Positions 11,035-20,985 of a stretch of DNA of 64,000 nt are shown here, piece after piece; positions within the stretch are counted from its first letter, which is position 1; every line of letters begins with the position of its first letter. The notes beneath the pieces were generated by a model. It was not told the origin of the DNA, searched no databases, and was given only the letters and a program-made list of their open reading frames with translations. Source of the DNA: Pachysolen tannophilus NRRL Y-2460 (Eukaryota); contig KV454011.1 of assembly GCA_001661245.1 (NCBI GenBank), positions 1,142,724 through 1,206,723 of the forward strand, read 5' to 3'. Position numbers and translations under genes: made by a program.

Positions 11035-13193
11035 TCAACCTTCATCATTATAAACAGCAACTCTCTCCAGAATTATAATTTTTTTAATAAAAAAATACCA
11101 TTTTAATAACGATTTTTTATCTCGCTCCAATTTGGCTAAATCTAATTTTAATTTATAATTGTGGTGCCAAATTTTAAGAATCTTGAATCTGTCTCTTTCA
11201 TGACATAAAATGGAACATATCACAGGAACAGCATGACCTGGTTTGATATTGAAGTTGAATTGTGAAACTACGGGCACCCAAGAAACGTCAATGTCAATTT
11301 CGTTTATCATTAGTAATTGATCTTTTTTTTTTTGTGATTATTATGTTCTTCCATAATTTCCACTATATTTGGCAATTCAATTACAACAGTTCCTTTAGGT
11401 ATCATATTTCTTGTAAAGATTTCAATATTACCGTACTTATTTCTTGGCAATTGATTATTAAAATTGATAATCAGAGCTTTATATGGTTCAGTTTGAGTAT
11501 AAGAGTATAGTTCTTGTTTAATTATATCCTCAGTATTGACATTCTCATCGTAAATGGAAATATTATGTTTCCTTTTGTTCTTAATGGTTCTTGGGTTATA
11601 ATTGTTAACTTTCAACGGTTCAACATTAGGTTTTAATTGACGGCCTAATAGTTTCCATGAAGTTTCAGTTTTCAACTTAATAATAGATGATTGGTAATAA
11701 AATGGTTCTTTTTTCAGCAGTGATGATGAAATTTTCAAGAATCCAATCAGTTTTGATTTACTAGTGTCGATGAATTCATTATTATATAATAATGAAGGGG
11801 TTACAAAATTATTCGAACTTCGTAATCTTGAAAAAACTGGTTTGTCAAAATTGATTAACCCCAATTTGTGCAAAGTTTCTAATTCAACGTGATATTTTCT
11901 TTGATACTTATTACCATTAATTATCATTAATATTCTTTTAAACCAAATAAATGATTTTTTTCCATGCTCTAGTTGATTTTGATATTGTAAACATCTTAGG
12001 GGAAAATATCTAAAACAGATATTTTTCAAGTATCTAGAGCTCGTATCCAACATGTAATTTTGGGAATCAATGGAAACTACATACCACATTTTCATTTGAC
12101 CTTGGTATTTTCCCCTAGGTTCGAAATGATTCACAAATGATGATTTTATCAATTCATTTTTGTCTAAATGATTCAACTTAACCAATGACGGTATTGTCAA
12201 TTTACTAACAGAATCAGCAAAATCAGTAAATGAAAATAAATCAACAACAAAAATTTCTGGGGTTGAAGGTGATGAAACTTCACACCAATATGTTGGGAAT
12301 AACATATCTTTATCATTACTGACGTGTGACTTTTTCTTATAGTTCAAAGGTATAGCATTATCCAGTTTATCCAAAGAATATCCCAATAGCGGCAAAGAAA
12401 AACATAATCTAACTTCAAAACCTAATCCTCTTAATAGAGATACAAATAATTGTACCGCAATATCTCTATTACCTTTCAATTGTTTAGCATATAATATTTT
12501 GAAATCTTGCAAAGATTCAATTGGCTCAAAATTATAATAATAATCATTGGATTTCAAGTTTAACGGATCCTTAAGATATCCATTATGCCTAAGACCATGT
12601 CCTTCTAATCTGAAATTCAATTGAAACCATCTTGTTAAATTAACAACAAACTTGTGAAATTCTTTCAGTAGTTGTACCTGATCATCATCTTCTTTACTAG
12701 TCTTTGTCCTTTCGAAAAACTTTTTTACTTTCTTTCTAAAATCCTTTGACAATTTCTTCTTCAATATCTTTTGAAGCTCTTGGTCTTGTAACCATTGGTT
12801 TCTAATATATAAATGAATCATTAATGAAATCATATGCATACAATGCATACTAAACCTTGAAGATTTCAAACGATTTATCAATTTGAAATCAGTAGTTTTT
12901 TCACTGGAACCGTTGGATGAAACATTTTTTAAAGTAACAACATCAATCCTCTGTGAGACATTATTTGAACTTATGATCGAGTCATCCAACAGAATTTCTT
13001 CAAAATCTGATGGAAACTCATCATTATCATCATCATCATCATCATCATCTGATTCATCACAATTCAATTTCCTTTTTTTCGTAACATTCAACTCTTGCTT
13101 TTTTTGTTCATCTTGCGAATCATCTGAAATATCCGAATCTATATTCCGAGAAATCAAGTCTATGGCATCATGATTGCTAATATTACCTCCCAT
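11035..13193 (-). CDS. Rad4/XPC-family nucleotide excision repair protein (Rad34-like), interrupted by an apparent frameshift at 11323-11333
   Basis: GNRDIAVQLFVSLLRGLGFEVRL (transglutaminase-like domain), LYSYTQTEPY and PRNKYGNIEIF (BHD3). The rest of BHD3 (VVSQFNFNIKPGHAVPV) and the terminal helix lie in the -1 frame (11310-11035). Confidence 0.8.
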
Positions 13194-13391
13194 CTACAGA
13201 TCTTCACATTTGGTTTTACAATCTACAATCTACGAATAGGAATTCAACCTTTTTTTTCTTTTTTGGTTTTTTGGAAAAAACCCATTTTTTCTTATATTAA
13301 GAAAAAAGTAAAAAAAAAACGAGAAATTTTAAAAGAAAGAGATTCAAAAGTTATATAGAAATAAAAGACAAGAAAGTTGTTTTTAAAGACA

Positions 13392-14528
13392 ATGAGACAG
13401 ATGAGACAGATGAGGCATATGAATCAGCAAGTAAGGTTTTTATCTTTTCGGTCATTGCTTTCATTTTCTAAAGAGAGTCCAGATCCTAAGCCAATTGATG
13501 TTGAACTTGTTAAGGGAACCGGTAATGGACCATTTGCTGAAACTGCTAAATTTGAAGTTATTGGAACGCCGGCTTCGTTATTAAATATCAAGTTACCGGC
13601 TTCAGCTATTTTAAATATACGGTATAGTAATGCTATTTCTTCAGTGGTTGGAATAAGTGGGAAATTGGACAATTTAACCAAAGAATTGAGTTTAATAACA
13701 AGTGGGATATCAAAACCAATATTGTATCAACGTATATATAATACATCACCAATCAATTTATTAGTTGCCAATAGTTTAAATTTTAGAAATTTTGTAGTAT
13801 TGAATTTGAAAAATAATGAGAATGAGAATTGGGTGGTTTCAAATTCTAAAAATTTAATTGCATGGTCAGGTAATTACTTGAATTTAAAATTGAATCCCAA
13901 GAAAATTCATGGTTCTTCTTCTAATTCATACTTGTCAAAATTTAATGCTTTGGATGTGGATGGTGAAGGCATTATTGCATTGGCAGGTAATGGCCAATTG
14001 TTCAAAGTTGAGTTGAACCAAGATGAATCCATTTATATCAACCCAAGTGCTTTAGTTGCACATAAAGTAAATATTGGTAATATCAATGATATTAAAATCA
14101 CAAAAATTCCTTCCAAAAAATTGATAACAGATTTAAATTTAAGTCTACCCAGATTCTCCATTCCAGATAAGTTGAAACTTTACTACAACCAATTGTATAA
14201 ATTTGTTACAGAAAGATTAACACCAGCACTCACTTCTTCTACTACTTCTGGTACAACAACATCCAATATCAACGAGGTCAGTGAGACAAAACGGAAACCA
14301 TCAGAATTCGATTATTCCGTATCTAAAAACTTATCAACAGTAGCTTCTTCGACGAAATCTGTCCTAACTAAGCTTGCTTCCTTCTTACCAAAAATTGGCA
14401 AAACCGATTTACTATATGAAGTAAAAGGCCCAGCTGTGTTAATTATTCAAAACGATGTTAGCCAAGGTGGTGATAGAGTATTTACAAAACTGGAATTAGA
14501 CAAAGTATACACAAAAATGTCACTTTAA
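13392..14528 (+). CDS. AIM24: Mitochondrial protein Aim24-like
   Basis: Presequence ending QVRFLS; FEVIGTPASLLNIKLPAS, LIAWSG, GEGIIALAGNG, ESIYINPSALVA and VKGPAVLIIQ match the AIM24 family. First ATG at 13392. Confidence 0.75.
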   Translation: MRQMRQMRHMNQQVRFLSFRSLLSFSKESPDPKPIDVELVKGTGNGPFAETAKFEVIGTPASLLNIKLPASAILNIRYSNAISSVVGISGKLDNLTKELSLITSGISKPILYQRIYNTSPINLLVANSLNFRNFVVLNLKNNENENWVVSNSKNLIAWSGNYLNLKLNPKKIHGSSSNSYLSKFNALDVDGEGIIALAGNGQLFKVELNQDESIYINPSALVAHKVNIGNINDIKITKIPSKKLITDLNLSLPRFSIPDKLKLYYNQLYKFVTERLTPALTSSTTSGTTTSNINEVSETKRKPSEFDYSVSKNLSTVASSTKSVLTKLASFLPKIGKTDLLYEVKGPAVLIIQNDVSQGGDRVFTKLELDKVYTKMSL

Positions 14529-14905
14529 TTAGATTTTTTTTTTTTTTTTTTGTTCATTATTTGCTTTCTCTCTCTCTCTCTTTCTCTTTCTCTTTCTCTT
14601 TACGAATGACAATATCAATGATCTTTACTATTCATGAAAAATATGACCTTCGTTCTCTCTTAAATTATAACTTTTAGCCGGAAATCATCTCAATGTAGTT
14701 TCGAAGTCCGTTATTTCCTAATTGGGATGTGTTCTTAGTAAGAAACAATGTTCAAAGTGCATTTAATTGCGTCTTGAAGTTACGCTAAATGATGGGTTTG
14801 ACTAAATACATAATTGATGATTCAATTGATATATATATAAATTGGATGAATAAACATTGATTATTTGATTAAATAGATAAAAGGATATATGTGTTTCTTG
14901 ACGGG

Positions 14906-17900
14906 ATGTTGGAATCTTCATCAGTGAAACCAGTCAAGAAACGGTTAAGAATTCCGGTATCTTGTAAAGCTTGCAGGAAGAGAAAGACTAAAGTGAGTAT
15001 TAATAATACTAAAGAATTATTGATGAAATAGATAGATTTATATTTATCTAAATTACATGTAACTAACTTCAAACTCTTCCTTATAGTGTGATAGAGATAA
15101 ACCGAAATGTGGATATTGTCTGGTAAATGATATTGAATGTGTATATGAGGATAAGAGAAGTTGGGTGAATAATTTTGATGTTAACTCCGACGCCCCTTTG
15201 ATGGCAAAAAATAACAGTTGTACCAATTCTTCTTCAAATGAAGAGCGTTATGGAAGTGAAGTAGCTTCATTTACGAATCATGATGAGAAATCTTATTTGG
15301 AATTGGAGGATGAAATTGCTAGTTTGAAAAAAGAACTTTTAGAATTAAAACTTTCTAATTTGCCACCATCAATTACTTTACCAAAAAATCTTCCACCAAT
15401 TGATGATAATGATTGTTTAAATTTTTATTCTGGTTATAATCCACGTTTGAAACTGACTGCTCTTAGTGCTTCTTGTCAAGGAGCTTTTTCTTCTCAATCT
15501 TTAATTAAAAAAGATCCATTTATTAGACTTTTATGGTTAAAATTAGTTGCATCAAAGGCTAGAAGAGAATTTCTTCAAGCTTTAAGACCAAGTGAACCAA
15601 CTCAAAATCTTGATAATATATATGCACCTTTTTTCAATTTTACAAATGATCATAAAGGTTTTAGAGATTTGCTGAATGGTGAAGAAATGTTAACTGTTCC
15701 AAATGAATTACGAGATAAGGAGATTAAATCACATGGTACATCAACAGATATGAAAGATCATCAATGGAATAATTTAGTTGCTCAAATTAAAAGTTCTTCA
15801 ATTCCAACCACAGGCCATAGTTTATCCAATTTTCCTCAATTGGTCCCCTTGGGTTCATGTTTTATTTCTCATAATATGCATGCAGATTTCCAATTATACC
15901 TTCTGAAAAAACTTCCAACAAAGAGAGCTATATGGCTTTTAATAGATAGGTTCTTTAAATATGCATACCCTTTTATGCCTTATATTGATCAAAAAATTTT
16001 TATTGACGATCTTACAAAGTTAATTGGTCCAAGAAATCTTGAAGAGGTTAAAATTGATAATGTACCCATTAAAAGAGGTTTAGATTTTGCCACTATAGGA
16101 ATATTATTAATGGTTTTAGAATTTGGTTCTTTTACTCTTTTTGCAAATAGTGATAAATCACTTGCAAAAGCAGGTGTATTTAAAGTAACAGATCCTGACA
16201 TGAAATATTTGTTAGATAATCCTTTACTTGATGATGAAAATGTTGGTGCAAAGTTTTGTCTTGGTCAATTTAGGGTTTTCAAAAAAGTAACAATTGAAGT
16301 AGCACAGTTGGCTGTTTATTTAAGACTTTATGACAGATATTCACCTCAGGATGGTGATAGTTTATTTGGTTCCAATTCTTTGATCTTTAACGGTGCGATA
16401 ATGCAAATGGCATACGCTATAGGATTGAATAGAGATCCTAGTGGGTTTGAAGATATCGCCGGACTATCAGATGACAGAAGTTTGAATTTAAGAAGAAAGC
16501 TTTGGTATGGTGTTTTAAATTGTGATAGTTATCAATTTTATATTTTAGGTATTGCATCATCTACACGAGTTGATTTTTTTGATACAAATTTACCTAACAA
16601 TAAATCCAGTAATTGTGAAGACTCTAAAATTGAAAATTTTGTTATTGAAAGTGTTAGTAATTTTCTGAAAATAGATGGATTAATTAAGGATTTCATTTAT
16701 GAGTGTTCAAGCTTTAAAAGGGAAGTTTCTGTTAAAGAACTAATAAGTAAAACTCATACTTTGGAATCTTATATTGATGAGAAATATGTATCTTTGAGTG
16801 ATATTTTATTGAAATCGCACGATGAAGATAAACACATAAATAATATCAAGAAGGTTGATGCGACATTAAATTATTTACATGCTAAGGTCTTATTGCAGTT
16901 GATTTATTACAACATATATCTTAATTATGAATCATCTTCAAAGAACAATGAATTGGCAGTTTATTTTCTTAAAAAAATATTAGGGATAAGCACTGAATTG
17001 ATGGAAGTATGTCCACACGTGATTAAAAACTCTTCTCTTTACTATGGAAGAGGATTAGATTTTATTATAAATCCTACTTTACAATTGGTCTGTCATAAAT
17101 CATTACAAATGAGAGGGGGTTTATATTCAAGATTCGTTCATTTCAAGATGCTTTTAAAAACTGATGGTACATTACCAAGCTTCCTTCGAACTCAACTTAA
17201 CAATGTAATAGACGTTATATTTTACCCTTTTTCAAAAGTATTATCTTCATTATTTTTCATTAGTGACAGATATTGCTATGCCTGGAAGCTAACAAAACTC
17301 CAGAGAATTTTTGTTTTGATGATAATGAATGACAACCGGGACCGAAGTGAGAATTTTTACGAAGCTGTCAAAAATGATGATGGTACTTTTAAATTAAAAC
17401 TCAGAGGTGACGATGAAGGGGTTATTGAAATTCCACAAAGATCAGTATTTTCACTGTTGTCATTGCCAACCACTTTGGAGATTTTAAACTATGTCGCAAG
17501 TTTACGTAACGAGGAAAATCTAGCAGTCATCAATGGATCAAAGCGTCCAAAGAACAATGTTGACCATAATGAGTGTCGCAAAAGTTTTTCCAACTTAAAA
17601 AATGAGAGTAATAACAATAATAATGTATTTTCTCGCGTTGAGATATCCACTTCACTGAATTCGGATGATTCCATTCAAAATTGGGACTGGCCGACGTCGT
17701 CTTCGTTAAATTTATTATCACCTAAGATTGATACTTCGAATAATATTTTCCCAGATCCAGATATTGATAAAACTTGGTTGAATTTTATGAGTGATAGAGT
17801 AAATAACGATATGGATGGAATTCACAGCGATGTTAAGCCCCTCAGTAATAAGGGTCCTGGCGATGTTATAAATACTGATGGATTGTACGTTTTTCCGTCA

Positions 17901-18125
17901 GAATCTGAAAGCGTTCCTCATAATAACACTAACAATAATAATCAAGTTGATAGTTTTTCCAAAGACGTTAGTGCTGAATACATTAGTAAACTAGAAGTTT
18001 TAATGAATGCTCCATTAACTCCTACATCCGAGAATAATATTGTTAATAGGAATAATAACTATAATGAAAGTGATTTAATAGCACTTGACCAATTGATGAA
18101 ATTTGTTGCTGAGGATTTATACTAA
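14906..18125 (+). CDS. Zn(II)2Cys6 fungal transcription factor (Mrr1/Cta4/Yrr1-like), two exons (14906-14992 and 15087-18125), 1041 aa
   Basis: The spliced product reads KKRLRIPVSCKACRKRKTK|CDRDKPKCGYCxVNDIECVY with all six Cys; the fungal TF middle homology region is present (AYAIGLNRDP, LRRKLW). Confidence 0.9.
14993..15086 (+). other. Spliceosomal intron (94 nt, phase 0) inside the zinc cluster
   Basis: GTGAGT donor at 14993, AACTAAC branch at 15061-15067, TAG acceptor ending at 15086; in frame with ORF 15165..18125. Confidence 0.92.
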
Positions 18126-18403
18126 TGTACCTCATGACCCTGCTATAAGTTCTTATTTACTTGCACCACATGACTGTTTTGATATGATGATACTTTTATA
18201 TTTATATTCTGCTTTTTTTTCTCTTTTTTAATAGCTGCTATTATTACGTTTAATTATATTTCGTTCGAAATGTTTCTTCTTGTCAATAGTTTCATTTTTG
18301 TTTTTTTTTTATTTCTTTAGCGAGAAACAGGAACAAAAATGAGTAACAAATAAATGCTTAAATTGTCTTTTTTTTTTAATTGAATTTAAAAGTCTACATA
18401 TTC

Positions 18404-20221
18404 CTATATAAATGGAATACTTGCTCCATCAGAGCGTAAATCACATCCACCGGCCCAAACTAATACATCCTTGTATTCTTCTATCGAACCATTACAACGC
18501 TTAACAATTTGTCCTCTTCCGAAAGCAGATCTCTGATTACCTTTCAAGACTTTAACGTCATGACCTAACTTATTTAAGCCTTCAACAACTGAATCATCTA
18601 TACCCTCTTCCAAGCACACAAGGGTAACTGGATTTGAAGTTGGTCCATCTGATCCATGACCTTTGTCTAAGTGCTTTTTACTAGGGTGAGGAAGAAGAGT
18701 AATTCTAGGAGCATCTAGAGCTACCTGTGGATCAAATCCAAACAAAGTTAAGTTCAAAAAAACTTGGACGTGTGCCTGTGGTTGATTGAATCCACCCATT
18801 ATACCGTAACTCGCATATAGATCCTCAGAACCAGCAGAAGATGGTGTAGTTATCATTCCTGGGATAATGGTATGATAGCAACGTTTGTTCCCTGCAATAC
18901 AATTTTTAGAGTTAGGTTTACATGAAAAATTCCCACCTCTATTATGTAACACAAAACCTTTATCTGGAACGATAATTCCAGAACCAAAACTCTCATATAA
19001 AGAATTAATAAAAGAACATGCGTTACCTTCAGAATCTGTTGCAGTAAAGTATACAGTATCAGATTTAAAAATCGAATTAGGGACGCCATGTTTTATGGTT
19101 TCATTATCTATGACTTTTTCCTTTGAAATTGATTTTATTCTTTCTTGCAAATATTCTGGTTCTAAAAGTTTTTCAATAGCATCTTCTTGAGAATGAGCAT
19201 TTTTATCTAATAATTTATAAAAATCAGGATCGTTAACATACTCATCACTATCTCTGAAACTCAATTTTAAGGATTCAATAAGCAAATGTAAATATTCAAC
19301 CGAATTGTGCTTTACGGTGGATAAGTCTAATTTATCAGTTTTTGACAACTCTCTAATTAACCCCAATGCTAACAATGCTACTAAACCTTGTCCATTTGGA
19401 GGAATTTCCCATAATTTCTGTTCACCAAATTGTAAAGAAATAGGTTCGACAAAAGTTGAGGTATGATTTTCCAAATCTTGTAGAGAAATCAACCCACCAC
19501 GACTTCTAACTTCTTCAACAATAGCTTCAGCAGTAGAACCTTGATAAAATCCCAGTTTACCATTTTTGGCAATCAATTTTAAAGTTTCAGCCAATTTTTC
19601 ATTTTTAAGAAACTGACCTTTTAAAGGAGCTTTAAAGCCTGGATTTGGTAAAAAAATTGATAAATCATCAATATATGTTTGATCTGCATTTTTATTTTGA
19701 ATTTTCAAGTTTAATTCAGACAGAGCCCATAAATGTGCACTAATCTGACTAATTGGAGCACCTTTCTCTGCTAACTCTATCGCAGGCTGTAAACATTCTT
19801 CAAGAGTAACTTTGCCAGACCCCCATTTTTCGAAAGCGTCACACCAACCGGCAATGGCACCAGGGACATTTACCATAAAAATAGAACCTTTCTTCAACCT
19901 ATAAGTTGGAAGAATATGATCTGGGAAATTAGACTTTATGTAATCCAAACTCAACTCCGATGCAGATCTACCAGTACCATTCAATCCATAAACTTTTTTA
20001 TCCTTATTGTCATAATACAAAGCAAAACAATCACCTCCAATTCCAGTGGAAGCTGGCTCCAACACGCATAAACAGGCGGAAATCGCAATACACGCATCCA
20101 CACAATTACCACCTTTCGCCAAAATTTTAATACCTGCTTGGCTTGCCAATGGTTGAGAAGAGGAAGCAATACCTTTTGCAGAGTAAACCACCGATCTTCT
20201 AGAGTTGAATGGCTGGTCCAT
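18404..20221 (-). CDS. Gamma-glutamyltransferase-family Ntn hydrolase (soluble, YwrD-like subtype)
   Basis: GGNCVDA, EPASTGIGGDCF, WEIPPNGQG, nucleophile Thr in SDTVYF...SFINSLY, LHNRG, YHTIIPG, GIMGGFNQPQAHVQ, FGRGQI; no N-terminal membrane anchor. Confidence 0.9.
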   Translation of the reverse strand: MDQPFNSRRSVVYSAKGIASSSQPLASQAGIKILAKGGNCVDACIAISACLCVLEPASTGIGGDCFALYYDNKDKKVYGLNGTGRSASELSLDYIKSNFPDHILPTYRLKKGSIFMVNVPGAIAGWCDAFEKWGSGKVTLEECLQPAIELAEKGAPISQISAHLWALSELNLKIQNKNADQTYIDDLSIFLPNPGFKAPLKGQFLKNEKLAETLKLIAKNGKLGFYQGSTAEAIVEEVRSRGGLISLQDLENHTSTFVEPISLQFGEQKLWEIPPNGQGLVALLALGLIRELSKTDKLDLSTVKHNSVEYLHLLIESLKLSFRDSDEYVNDPDFYKLLDKNAHSQEDAIEKLLEPEYLQERIKSISKEKVIDNETIKHGVPNSIFKSDTVYFTATDSEGNACSFINSLYESFGSGIIVPDKGFVLHNRGGNFSCKPNSKNCIAGNKRCYHTIIPGMITTPSSAGSEDLYASYGIMGGFNQPQAHVQVFLNLTLFGFDPQVALDAPRITLLPHPSKKHLDKGHGSDGPTSNPVTLVCLEEGIDDSVVEGLNKLGHDVKVLKGNQRSAFGRGQIVKRCNGSIEEYKDVLVWAGGCDLRSDGASIPFI

Positions 20222-20831
20222 TATAAGTACAAAACTTATTTGACTATAATAGAAATGGCAAATTCAACGAATATATAAAGAAAATATTATATTATATTAT
20301 ATTATTATATCATATCATATATTCTTTATATATGTCCGAAAATTCAACTTAAGCTTTGACCTAGCTTGCCTCACTTGGGGCCGCTCGAGAAATGAAAAAT
20401 TGTGGGGAAAAAACCAGAACCCCGGAGCCACACAATAAATTTCCCGCCTATGCTGCCGCCCAAGCTGCCTAATCGGCCAACCATGCCCATACAGCTGCCG
20501 ACTGCCCAAGTCAACCATACTTTCCACTCATGTTTCACTTCCCTGATACCTAAAACTATTTCTTATATTATCAATTGCCTTAATAACCTCAACACTTTTC
20601 ACCGCCTAACAAAAAAAAACAACCACTCTCAGGAAATGGCCAATACCACATCTGCTTCCCAACCAATTAACCCGACCATCATCTTTAATACCGGTTTTTG
20701 TCGTCGCTCCAGATCCACAGCGAGCCCTCTTCCCTTCAAATGGCTGCAAAGTCTTTGTCATTTGGAGCACGACTGTTTTTGCAATTTTTAAATTTTTCTC
20801 GTGTTTGTTAAAATGTGAGTGTGATGGGCGA

Positions 20832-20837
20832 ACGCGT
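20832..20837. promoter_or_regulatory. MCB element (ACGCGT) upstream of POL3
   Basis: ACGCGT about 150 nt before the POL3 ATG, next to TATATATAAA; MBF control of replication genes is established. Confidence 0.7.
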
Positions 20838-20985
20838 TGCTTTATATATAAAATCAAGCAGTATTTTGTATAACAAAAAGGAAGACAAAGAGCACTCAAG
20901 TATCAGCAAGGATAGGAAGAAAATACGTACTTAGGTTGAGGTTGTGACTTAAAAAGTTTAAGGGCGAGGTTTATAAAGTTGTTAG

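Noticed and set aside
11262..11420. An intron explaining the RAD4-like split (TACTAAT near 11315)
   Set aside because: No suitable donor that spares conserved BHD3 residues; a single-base shift in the A-run explains the join.
20315..20899. Short ORFs in the GGT-POL3 spacer
   Set aside because: Non-ATG starts and overlap on both strands; explained by the local GC-rich patch.
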